This document shows positions 24,761 to 32,000 of a DNA stretch of 32,000 nt, piece after piece. Origin of the DNA: Nonlabens ponticola (GTDB lineage Bacteria; Bacteroidota; Bacteroidia; Flavobacteriales; Flavobacteriaceae). The notes below the pieces were generated by a model. That model was given only the letters and a program-made list of their open reading frames with translations, was not told where the DNA came from and made no database searches. The translations under genes and the position numbers were made by a program. The stretch is taken from positions 1,710,001 to 1,742,000 of the forward strand of contig NZ_CP034549.1 of the NCBI RefSeq assembly GCF_003966335.1, given 5' to 3'. Positions within the stretch are counted from its first letter, which is position 1. The number at the start of each line of letters is the position of its first letter.

Positions 24761-27700
24761 TTAATCTTCCCAGATGTCAAGTTCTACCTGCTTCATGGCT
24801 GTTTTATACTCGTCCCATTCCTTGTTAAGAAAAGCTCTACTTTTCATCATCGCTTGACTCGCAGCGTCTTGAGTTTGTTTTGTCAATTGTTCTTCAGTAG
24901 CCGTTTGAGCACCTTGTCTACTAGCGATATAGCTGCGAGCCGTTCCCAATCGTTGCATGACGGTAACGCCAGGATTACGTGTTATTCCTTGTCGATCATC
25001 AGTGGCACCAAAGTATCGCGCTTGCTCTTCTTCAATGCTTTTTATAATACTATCAGTAGCTTTAATTTGTTCTTTAAATGCTTCTTTGTCCTTGTCTTGT
25101 AACATTTTCTTGAAAGTGGTAGCCGTTTGTTTTGCTTTGGCCAGTTCCTGAGTCAATTCATAAATATCTCCAGATAACTTTTCATGATTTTTGAGTGCCT
25201 GATACTTTTCTTTTCTATCGGCAGCTGTTAATTCATCGATTCTTGGGTCATCTTGCACGGTAATCATAGTCTCGCTGCTGTAATCACCTAGTTCAAGCAC
25301 AGCCTTGTAGGTACCAGGAAGCACGCTCACACCGGATGGCTCACGTGTAGATTTATTTACACTTCTAGATGGATAATTCTCACCGCTTTCCCTCAATCTC
25401 CAGCTCCATTCATGAACGCCAGCTTCCTTGGGAGTCTTGCTCTTCAAGGTTCTGATCAATCGATCACCGTCATAGATTTTAAGTTGAAGACTATCTGTTC
25501 CAACGGTGTCACTTTCTTTGAGCAAAGCTTTGTCAAAGAAATATTTGAATCTACCGCTGCTACCACGGTTTTCACCTTGGTACATCGCATCACCGCTAAA
25601 TCTTGTTCCCGTAGGTTGCTGGTATCTCGCTTGATAAGCGACTGGTGGTTCAAATAATTTGATTGGTTTTTTAAATTTCGCATTCTGTGAAGCTATCTCA
25701 CGCATAGGCCTGAGATCGTCCAGCACCCAAGCCGCACGACCAAAAGTTCCAATCACAAGGTCCTGCTCACGCGGATGAATTACTAGATCTTTAACCGAAA
25801 CCGTTGGAAAACCATTGGTATATTTTGTCCAGTTATCACCAGCATCGATGCTCACATACAGTCCATCATCCGTTCCTAGAAAAACAAGGTTGTTTTCTTC
25901 TGGGTCTTCAACGATGGATAAGGTGTAACTCTCCACATCATCTGCATCTACAATGCGCGTCCAAGACTTTCCATAGTTGGTGGTGCGGTATGCATAAGGC
26001 TCATAGTTATAGCGACGGTAATCGTTTGCAATAAGTAGAGCGTGACCGGCTTTAGTCTGTGAGGCCTTAATTTGTGCGATCCAGCTACCCTTAGGCAAAC
26101 CTTTGAGACCACTGCTTACATTTTTCCAGTTTTTACCACCATCCGTGGTTACATGAATTAATCCATCGTCAGATCCTGTATAGATTACGCCTTTTTCTAC
26201 TGGACTAGGTTCTATCACCAGAATAGTCGTGTGATTTTCTGCGCCTGTAGCGTCCATGGTCAGTCCACCAGAATCGCTTTGCTTTTGCTTTTCTGGATCG
26301 TTGGTGGTAAGATCTGGACTTATAACTTTCCAGGTCAATCCTTTATCTGTGGATTTGTGTACAAATTGACTACCAAAATACAGCGTCGATGGATCAAAAG
26401 GATCAATATTTATCGCAGCATTCCAATTGAATCGCAGTTCCAAATTAGGATCTGGATGAGTAGGTCGCACGCTGTAATTATTGCCAGTTTCCCAGTCATA
26501 GCGACTTACATATCCTTGCTGGCTCATGCTATAACCATAGCGATTATTGGTAGGATCAGGTACCACGTCAAATCCATCACCAAAACTTATTTCCTGCCAG
26601 TAAGAATTTCTAATGCCCTGATCTCTCCAAGTGTAGGCTGGACCGCGCCAGCTACCATTATCCTGCATACCACCATACACATTATAAGGAATTTCCATAT
26701 CCACATTAATGTGATAGAATTGAGCGACTGGCAAGTTTCCTATGAATCGCCATGTTTTACCGCGATCTCTTGTGATATTGAGACCACCATCATTACCATC
26801 AATCATAAACGATCCATCCTTTGGATGAATGTACCACGAGTGGTGATCTGGATGCACACCGTTATTCGCACCGTATGCGTTCATCAATTGATCAAAGTTT
26901 TTACCACCATCTTCTGAGACGTTCACGTAAGTGAAAATGGAATAAACTCGATTTTCATTTTGAGGATCCACATAGATTTCAGAATAGTAGAATGGTCTAT
27001 TTCCTATATCGCTCTTGTCATTGATCATTTTCCAATTAAAACCACCATCGACAGATTTATAAAGCGCATTCTTTTTGGATTCAATAAGTGCATACACTGT
27101 TTTAGGATCGCTAGGAGCAATGGCAACACCTATTCTTCCTAGCTCGCCAGCTGGTAAGCCGTCGTCCTCGGTCATTTTTTTCCAATTCTCACCACCGTCG
27201 TAAGTGATGTACAAACCAGAGCCTTCACCACCTGATTTAAAAAACCATGGGTCGCGCTTGTGTTCCCACATGGCAGCGATCAATTTGTTGGGATTGGATG
27301 GATCTATAACAAGGTCTGCTGCGCCTGATCTATCGTTTGTGTAAAGAATCTTATTCCATGTTTTACCACCATCTGTTGTTTTGAAAACACCACGCTCTGG
27401 ATGCTCACCCCATGGTGATCCTATGGCCGCGGCATAAACGACATTGGGATTTGTTGGATCGATGACAATTCTATGAATGTGGCGTGTTTCTTCAAGTCCC
27501 ATGGATTTCCAGTTCTTACCACCATCCAGAGACTTGTAAATTCCATAACCGCCGTTGAGTGAGTTGCGAGGATTTCCTTCGCCAGTTCCTACCCAGATTA
27601 CACTAGGATTTGATTGCTGTACGGCAACCGCACCTATGGATGCAGTCACCTGATCGTCAAAAATGGGCATCCATGCAATGCCGCCACTTTCTGATTTCCA

Positions 27701-27895
27701 CAGGCCACCGCTGGCGGTACCAGCATAAATTACATCAGGATCATTCTCAACCACGTCGATGGATGTGATACGTCCAGACATACCACCTGGCCCGATGTTT
27801 CTAGGTTTCATATTCTTCACCAGTTCAAGATCTAATGGTTGCCCTAGACTCAAAACAGGTACAAGAAGTAATAATAGGATGGATAGTTTTTTCAT
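24761..27895 (-). CDS. BNR/sortilin(VPS10)-like repeat protein with helical C-terminal extension
   Basis: ATG at 27895 gives the signal peptide MKKLSILLLLLVPVLSLG. Repeated S/T-x-D-x-G-x-x-W motifs (SLDGGKNW, TTDGGKTW, YDGGENW, SVDGGFNW, SEDGGKNF, TRDRGKTW, STDKGLTW, TTDGGKNW). Confidence 0.7.
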   Translation of the reverse strand: MKKLSILLLLLVPVLSLGQPLDLELVKNMKPRNIGPGGMSGRITSIDVVENDPDVIYAGTASGGLWKSESGGIAWMPIFDDQVTASIGAVAVQQSNPSVIWVGTGEGNPRNSLNGGYGIYKSLDGGKNWKSMGLEETRHIHRIVIDPTNPNVVYAAAIGSPWGEHPERGVFKTTDGGKTWNKILYTNDRSGAADLVIDPSNPNKLIAAMWEHKRDPWFFKSGGEGSGLYITYDGGENWKKMTEDDGLPAGELGRIGVAIAPSDPKTVYALIESKKNALYKSVDGGFNWKMINDKSDIGNRPFYYSEIYVDPQNENRVYSIFTYVNVSEDGGKNFDQLMNAYGANNGVHPDHHSWYIHPKDGSFMIDGNDGGLNITRDRGKTWRFIGNLPVAQFYHINVDMEIPYNVYGGMQDNGSWRGPAYTWRDQGIRNSYWQEISFGDGFDVVPDPTNNRYGYSMSQQGYVSRYDWETGNNYSVRPTHPDPNLELRFNWNAAINIDPFDPSTLYFGSQFVHKSTDKGLTWKVISPDLTTNDPEKQKQSDSGGLTMDATGAENHTTILVIEPSPVEKGVIYTGSDDGLIHVTTDGGKNWKNVSSGLKGLPKGSWIAQIKASQTKAGHALLIANDYRRYNYEPYAYRTTNYGKSWTRIVDADDVESYTLSIVEDPEENNLVFLGTDDGLYVSIDAGDNWTKYTNGFPTVSVKDLVIHPREQDLVIGTFGRAAWVLDDLRPMREIASQNAKFKKPIKLFEPPVAYQARYQQPTGTRFSGDAMYQGENRGSSGRFKYFFDKALLKESDTVGTDSLQLKIYDGDRLIRTLKSKTPKEAGVHEWSWRLRESGENYPSRSVNKSTREPSGVSVLPGTYKAVLELGDYSSETMITVQDDPRIDELTAADRKEKYQALKNHEKLSGDIYELTQELAKAKQTATTFKKMLQDKDKEAFKEQIKATDSIIKSIEEEQARYFGATDDRQGITRNPGVTVMQRLGTARSYIASRQGAQTATEEQLTKQTQDAASQAMMKSRAFLNKEWDEYKTAMKQVELDIWED

Positions 27896-27932
27896 GAAAA
27901 TAAATTGAGATCTAAAGATAGTCAATCGTTAC

Positions 27933-27946
27933 GCTTTCGCGAAACC
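27933..27946. repeat. palindrome copy 10 (GCTTTCGCGAAACC, 13/14)
   Basis: Intergenic, between the amine oxidase stop and the BNR-protein start. The left flank is TTAC, as in other copies. Confidence 0.8.
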
Positions 27947-27994
27947 TGCGCTGAGCGATGTCGACGTGGCGCAATCACCACAAACCTATAAACA

Positions 27995-29059
27995 CTACAA
28001 AATATTCAAAGAGAGCACCTGTTCAAACGCAAGCTGTGCAGACCGTAGTGCGCCTTCCATATAGCCAGCGTGCTGGTCGCTCGTCTCGCTGCCAGCCATA
28101 ATTAATGTGCCGCCATTTAAAGACTGTCTCAAGATGGGATGACCATTATTCTCATGAGGCGTGCGCAAATTTTGAGCATCTGGATTTGTGGAAGGTTGCT
28201 CGTTCCAAGCTGAAAGTTCAAACGATATATAATTATGAACCTCGATGCCCAATAATTCTGCTAATTGATCAACGATTACTTTTTTCCTTTCATCTGCTGG
28301 TAATCTCGTTGCGGTAGGATGAACAAATCCCATCAATGCAAACCGGCTAGATGGATAATGGCTGTAATCATAAAGTTCTGCAATCGGTCCAGAGTTGCTG
28401 AAGGCAGTCGCCGGAATGCCTTTTTCTTTCCAGAATGGTGACTTAAAGCCTAATCCAAATTTGACCGAATCTTCCATCCATGTCTGTGTACGTCGAGCTA
28501 TATAGAGATAATTTATAGGCATCGATGGCTCAAAAGTAATGGCACTTGCCGTGATTTGTGGTGGTATGGTGTTGATGACTACATCTGCGTTATAAATAAT
28601 ATCATTGGTATGAATTTGATATGTATCGCGATGATGGACAACTCGTTGCACGGTGGTATTATATTTTACCTGACCTTCTTTGAGCACAGCATTGAGAGAT
28701 AATATCAAGTTAGAACTGCCACCACGCAACCTATAGCTTGCTGGCTGGTTTGCTGGCATGTCAATCAATTGATAAGAGGTTCCTGGATGAGATTTGTACC
28801 ACACCTTACTATCCATATGCTGCTCTTCATATTTTAGTCCTAGCTTGTCAATTAGGCTTAAAACTTCTCTATTGTAAGACCAGAACCAGGCTGCGCCCAG
28901 ATCGATAGGAGTATGGTTGCCAGACATTTTGGTAAATATGCGGCCGCCAACACGATCCCTAGATTCTAGAATGGTTACCTCAATACCTTGCTGCTGCAGC
29001 TTGTAAGCAAGGCTTAAACCGGTCAAGCCGGCGCCTAATATGATAATAGATCTAGACAT
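27995..29059 (-). CDS. FAD-dependent amine oxidase-family oxidoreductase
   Basis: N-terminal IIILGAGLTGLSLAYKL...LESRDRVGGR dinucleotide motif and a C-terminal LIMAGSETS..AGYMEGAL flavin amine-oxidase signature. Confidence 0.8.
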   Translation of the reverse strand: MSRSIIILGAGLTGLSLAYKLQQQGIEVTILESRDRVGGRIFTKMSGNHTPIDLGAAWFWSYNREVLSLIDKLGLKYEEQHMDSKVWYKSHPGTSYQLIDMPANQPASYRLRGGSSNLILSLNAVLKEGQVKYNTTVQRVVHHRDTYQIHTNDIIYNADVVINTIPPQITASAITFEPSMPINYLYIARRTQTWMEDSVKFGLGFKSPFWKEKGIPATAFSNSGPIAELYDYSHYPSSRFALMGFVHPTATRLPADERKKVIVDQLAELLGIEVHNYISFELSAWNEQPSTNPDAQNLRTPHENNGHPILRQSLNGGTLIMAGSETSDQHAGYMEGALRSAQLAFEQVLSLNIL

Positions 29060-29087
29060 AAAAAAACTCCTGATATTGTCAGGAGTT
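29060..29087 (-). terminator. rho-independent terminator of the S41 peptidase gene, abutting the next start codon
   Basis: The minus-strand RNA forms AACUCCUGA-CAAUA-UCAGGAGUU followed by U5, then immediately the AUG at 29059. Confidence 0.7.
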
Positions 29088-29112
29088 CAAAAGTAAAATC
29101 TATTTGCGTTGC

Positions 29113-30549
29113 CTACTCGATAGGCAACGATAAGTTTTCATTCCACATATCATTACCTAGTAATTTAAGGTCGTTACTGCTGCTCACTTTATTAAATAAT
29201 ATGCGTGGTCTTGTTGGGAAGCTAGAAATAACACTACCGTCAATTATATCATCAAGACAGGCTCGTAATAATCGCTCATTAGGATCACCTAGAGTTCCCA
29301 AATTATCAATTTCTTCTACCAGTTCAATGTCAGGTTCTAGACCATCAAAATAATCAGTATTGCCAGCGCTATTCACACTGCGATATACTAATGGTTGCAT
29401 GGCATAGGTATGTGCAGGATTGGCGCCTGCTCTTCTAAAGTCCTCACTATCATACACCGTAATGCTCGCCTGAAACTTCCCAGCAGTATTATCGCCTACC
29501 TGGATCACATTGATATAAGGAGCTAGCGAATTAATAACCAATTCACTGGCACTTGCCGTGCTAGGTGTTGTAATAATGTATACCTCACTTAAGCCTAGCT
29601 CATTAAGGGCAGAACCATCATCGGTACGATCTTTAAAAAAGTTAAGTAATTGGTCTGGATTATTGGCTTCTAGAAATTCTTGGATATCTGGGTTCCACTC
29701 TTCTCGAGTAAAGAGATCGCTTGTTGGGTTGCCAGAAATCAAGCTACCCAAAATGATAGCAGTATTTACTGATCCACCGCCATTGTATCTCAAATCAAGC
29801 ACTAAATCAGTAATGCCTTGAGATTTAAAATCACCAAAAACATCATTCAAGTCCTCGTCAAACTGTCTCAAGAAACTACTATAAAACAGGTAGCCTACCT
29901 TACGGCCGTCTTCCTCTATAACCTTACTAATATGAATTGGATCTTCTTGAAAAGGCTCCTTAAATAGCGGTATTTCTTGATCTATGTCCTCTATTTCATC
30001 ATCTTCTAGCGTTGCTAGACCCAGCGTATAAGTGCTTTGATTAAGTAACGTTCTAAAGTTGCTGCGTGTCAATTGAATGCCATCAATGCGATTGAAGATC
30101 ATGCCTCGCTCCACGCCATTTTCTGCCGCGCTTGAATTATTTTGTGTATATCGTACAAATCCAAAAACGTTGGCATCATTATCTGGATATTCTACCAGGA
30201 CAAATTCCATACCGTTGGATGGACTTTGTCCTGACAATACTTGCTCTAATGCTATATAATCATCGTAAATGATGGAGAATTTATCACGATCAAATTTAAG
30301 GGAATTGAAAAATTCTTCTGGTGAATCAAACTGCTTGTGATATTCCTCTAGCTCATTAACTGTTTCAAATCTATCGTCAGCCAGTACCGGAATCTCTGCC
30401 TTATATAGATAAAAGGCGTTCATGCCACGATATACAAAGTTCTTGATGGTGACATCACTGGCAAAGCGATCATCATTATCATCTGCACATCCAATAATTA
30501 AACTAGTTGCAGCAATAAAGGAAATAAGTAAAAGAGGTCTATAATTCAT
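29113..30549 (-). CDS. S41-family (tail-specific-like) peptidase lipoprotein
   Basis: Lipobox LIIGC. Motifs DLRYNGGGS and the TASASE catalytic-Ser context typical of S41. Confidence 0.7.
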   Translation of the reverse strand: MNYRPLLLISFIAATSLIIGCADDNDDRFASDVTIKNFVYRGMNAFYLYKAEIPVLADDRFETVNELEEYHKQFDSPEEFFNSLKFDRDKFSIIYDDYIALEQVLSGQSPSNGMEFVLVEYPDNDANVFGFVRYTQNNSSAAENGVERGMIFNRIDGIQLTRSNFRTLLNQSTYTLGLATLEDDEIEDIDQEIPLFKEPFQEDPIHISKVIEEDGRKVGYLFYSSFLRQFDEDLNDVFGDFKSQGITDLVLDLRYNGGGSVNTAIILGSLISGNPTSDLFTREEWNPDIQEFLEANNPDQLLNFFKDRTDDGSALNELGLSEVYIITTPSTASASELVINSLAPYINVIQVGDNTAGKFQASITVYDSEDFRRAGANPAHTYAMQPLVYRSVNSAGNTDYFDGLEPDIELVEEIDNLGTLGDPNERLLRACLDDIIDGSVISSFPTRPRILFNKVSSSNDLKLLGNDMWNENLSLPIE

Positions 30550-30672
30550 AAAGCAATTTTAAGTCAGCATTAAAAATAAAGAATTAAGCAGCATAAGGTT
30601 CAATCTATAGTGAAACTATTGTGCCATACCTACGATATAAAAGGCCTATTTGTTTTAAAAATTTGATGACCT

Positions 30673-30698
30673 TGTAACAAATTGAAAACAGGCTCGTC
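30673..30698 (+). promoter_or_regulatory. candidate ECF-type promoter TGTAAC-N16-CGTC
   Basis: AAC at 30676-30678, a 16-nt spacer and CGTC at 30695-30698, 21 nt upstream of the sigma-factor ATG. This matches the general AAC-N16/17-CGT architecture of ECF autoregulated promoters. Confidence 0.45.
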
Positions 30699-30718
30699 AT
30701 GCCTATAGAGACGTTTAC

Positions 30719-31228
30719 ATGAACCAACCAACTTTCATAGCGACATTTCAAGACGTACAAAAAAGAATGTACCAATTGTCAAGAAGATTGCTCACCTCGC
30801 ACGAGGAAGCAGCAGATGCCGTGCAGGAAACCATGCTCAAGCTATGGGAAAAGCGCGAGAAGTTGAAAGATGTAAATAATAAGGAAGCCTATGCCATGCA
30901 AATGGTGAAGAACTTCTCTCTAGATCGATTGAAGAGTAAGCAGGCTGGACATCTTAAAATTGTCCATAATAATTATGACTCAGGCGATCGCAACGCACAG
31001 GAAGAAATGGAGCGAGCTACCACGGTAAGCACCGTACAGCAGCTCATCGCAGATCTTCCAGAGAATTATAGAATGGTCATACAACTGCGTGACATACAGC
31101 AATATGACTATGAGGCGATAGAGAAAATAATGAATATGAAGGCAACGGCAGTGCGTGTTAGTTTAAGCCGGGCACGCAAGTTGCTTAAAGAACGAATAGA
31201 ACAGTATCACAACACAGAAACAGCATGA
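30719..31228 (+). CDS. ECF-type RNA polymerase sigma-70 factor
   Basis: Region 2 (EAADAVQETMLKLWEK) and region 4 (YRMVIQLRDIQQYDYEAIEKIMNMKATAVRVSLSRARKLL). Confidence 0.85.
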   Translation: MNQPTFIATFQDVQKRMYQLSRRLLTSHEEAADAVQETMLKLWEKREKLKDVNNKEAYAMQMVKNFSLDRLKSKQAGHLKIVHNNYDSGDRNAQEEMERATTVSTVQQLIADLPENYRMVIQLRDIQQYDYEAIEKIMNMKATAVRVSLSRARKLLKERIEQYHNTETA

Positions 31229-31689
31229 ATGATTTGTTAGAAAAATACTGGAATGGTGCTACCAGCCTGCAAGAAGAGCAGCAACTGCGCGATTATTTTG
31301 CAGGAGACTCTGTGGCGAGAAGCCACGAGGTGTACCGCAGCTTGTTCAACAGTTTTGAGCTGGAGAGTAGGTTAGAGGATGGTGATTATGACGCTTTCGC
31401 GAAAGTGAAATCAAAACAATCACAAGACCACATTTTTAACCGCAGAACATGGAAAGGAATCGCCATAGCAGCAAGCATGGCCGTGGCAGTAGCGGTAGGA
31501 ACTGGATATTTTGAGACCCAGCAGCAACAAGATTTAGGCACCTATGAAACGCCTGAAGAAGCGTATGAAGCAACCGTGGCAGCGCTAGAAATGGTAAGTG
31601 CCAGAATCAATAAGGGTAAAAGCACCTTGCAGCCCATGAAAGAAATTAATCAACAAGCAGCGCCAGTCATACAGCTGGCTCAAAAATAA
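31225..31689 (+). CDS. putative anti-sigma / membrane protein of the ECF-DUF4252 module
   Basis: ATGA overlap with the sigma stop. Single TM helix (GIAIAASMAVAVAVGTGYF). No zinc-finger motif. Confidence 0.5.
   Translation: MNDLLEKYWNGATSLQEEQQLRDYFAGDSVARSHEVYRSLFNSFELESRLEDGDYDAFAKVKSKQSQDHIFNRRTWKGIAIAASMAVAVAVGTGYFETQQQQDLGTYETPEEAYEATVAALEMVSARINKGKSTLQPMKEINQQAAPVIQLAQK
31393..31406. repeat. palindrome copy 11 (GCTTTCGCGAAAGT, 13/14; perfect 12-bp core)
   Basis: Inside the anti-sigma-like CDS, read as A-F-A-K-V. Confidence 0.8.
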
Positions 31690-31715
31690 TTATCAAAACA
31701 ACAAAAATTAAAAAC

Positions 31716-32000
31716 ATGAAAAATTTACTTTACATAGCGACTTTTATTCTAGCAGGAATGACCGCTACCGCCCAAAACTTCAATAAGGTAGGCAACTTAC
31801 CGAAGGTAAGTGAGACCTATATCACAGGAGAAATGTTCAAGATGATATCCGGCATTGATAGCGAGGATCCAGAATTTAATGAGCTCATGAAAAGCGTCGG
31901 TAACTTAACAGAGCTGCGTGTTTACACAACTCAAAATGCCTCAAGTGCTATACAAATGAAAAAGTTTACGGACGATTTTGTTACCACTAGCAAGATGCCA
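31716..32000 (+). CDS. DUF4252-like secreted protein (3' end outside window)
   Basis: Not in the ORF track because it runs off the edge. ATG at 31716 with 95 in-frame codons and no stop. Signal peptide MKNLLYIATFILAGMTATAQ, and a position after an ECF pair typical of DUF4252. Confidence 0.55.
   Translation, partial: MKNLLYIATFILAGMTATAQNFNKVGNLPKVSETYITGEMFKMISGIDSEDPEFNELMKSVGNLTELRVYTTQNASSAIQMKKFTDDFVTTSKMP

Noticed and set aside
26231-26917. 228-aa plus-strand ORF, the longest unexplained ORF in the track
   Set aside because: It lies entirely antisense to the BNR/sortilin-like gene, whose repeated SxDxGxxW motifs make the minus-strand frame clearly real. The translation is Ile/Arg/His-rich and low in complexity, typical of a shadow ORF.
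881-31406. Palindrome copies as MITE/IS termini or a CRISPR-like array
   Set aside because: Copies are single 14-22 bp units with no shared flanking sequence, no paired ends enclosing an element, and no target-site duplications. At least in hbd there is no length change in the host protein. Spacing is irregular (0.65-5.9 kb), so it is not an array.
1-32000. Defence island, prophage or integrative element
   Set aside because: No integrase, transposase, nuclease, helicase or ATPase candidates were seen, and no tRNA attachment site or phage structural genes. Gene content is core metabolic or envelope-related.

Overview
This 32-kb chromosomal segment looks like a Flavobacteriia (Bacteroidota) genome. 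The supporting signs are no Shine-Dalgarno sequences, TTG/TAnnTTTG-type promoters, many lipoproteins, and DUF5686, 2TM/LytTR, DUF4331 and DUF4252 families. No similarity search was run, so family names rest on motifs I recognised in the translations. The genes are mostly housekeeping or envelope-related: dapF (partial)-GNAT-mltG, an SLT-like protein, and a minus-strand run of yggS, DUF1015, a lipoprotein, 3-hydroxybutyryl-CoA dehydrogenase and a Gfo/Idh/MocA oxidoreductase. These are followed by pcm, an NmrA-like/AraC pair, a DUF5686-like protein and smpB. Next comes a co-directional block of LytS-type kinase, 2TM protein, LytTR regulator, two half-size DUF4331 proteins and a TPR lipoprotein. 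The remainder holds DUF2007, an AT-rich orphan gene, an ECF sigma/RskA-like anti-sigma pair, sodC, DUF1905/YdeI, an alpha/beta-hydrolase-OsmC fusion, a 1044-aa BNR/sortilin-like protein, an amine oxidase, an S41 peptidase and an ECF sigma/anti-sigma/DUF4252 module. I saw no tRNA, rRNA, CRISPR, integrase, transposase or recognisable defence genes. Two things stand out. (1) A perfect palindrome with core GCTTTCGCGAAAGC, extended up to 22 bp, occurs 11 times, about once per 3 kb. Nine copies lie inside unrelated coding regions, and all three reading frames are used, which points to selection or spread at the DNA level. (2) The kinase/2TM/LytTR operon is preceded by a textbook LytTR operator (ACAGTTGGG-N12-ACAGTTGGG). 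It is followed by a split DUF4331 pair with poly-Asp tracts and a TPR lipoprotein, a candidate uncharacterised envelope module.
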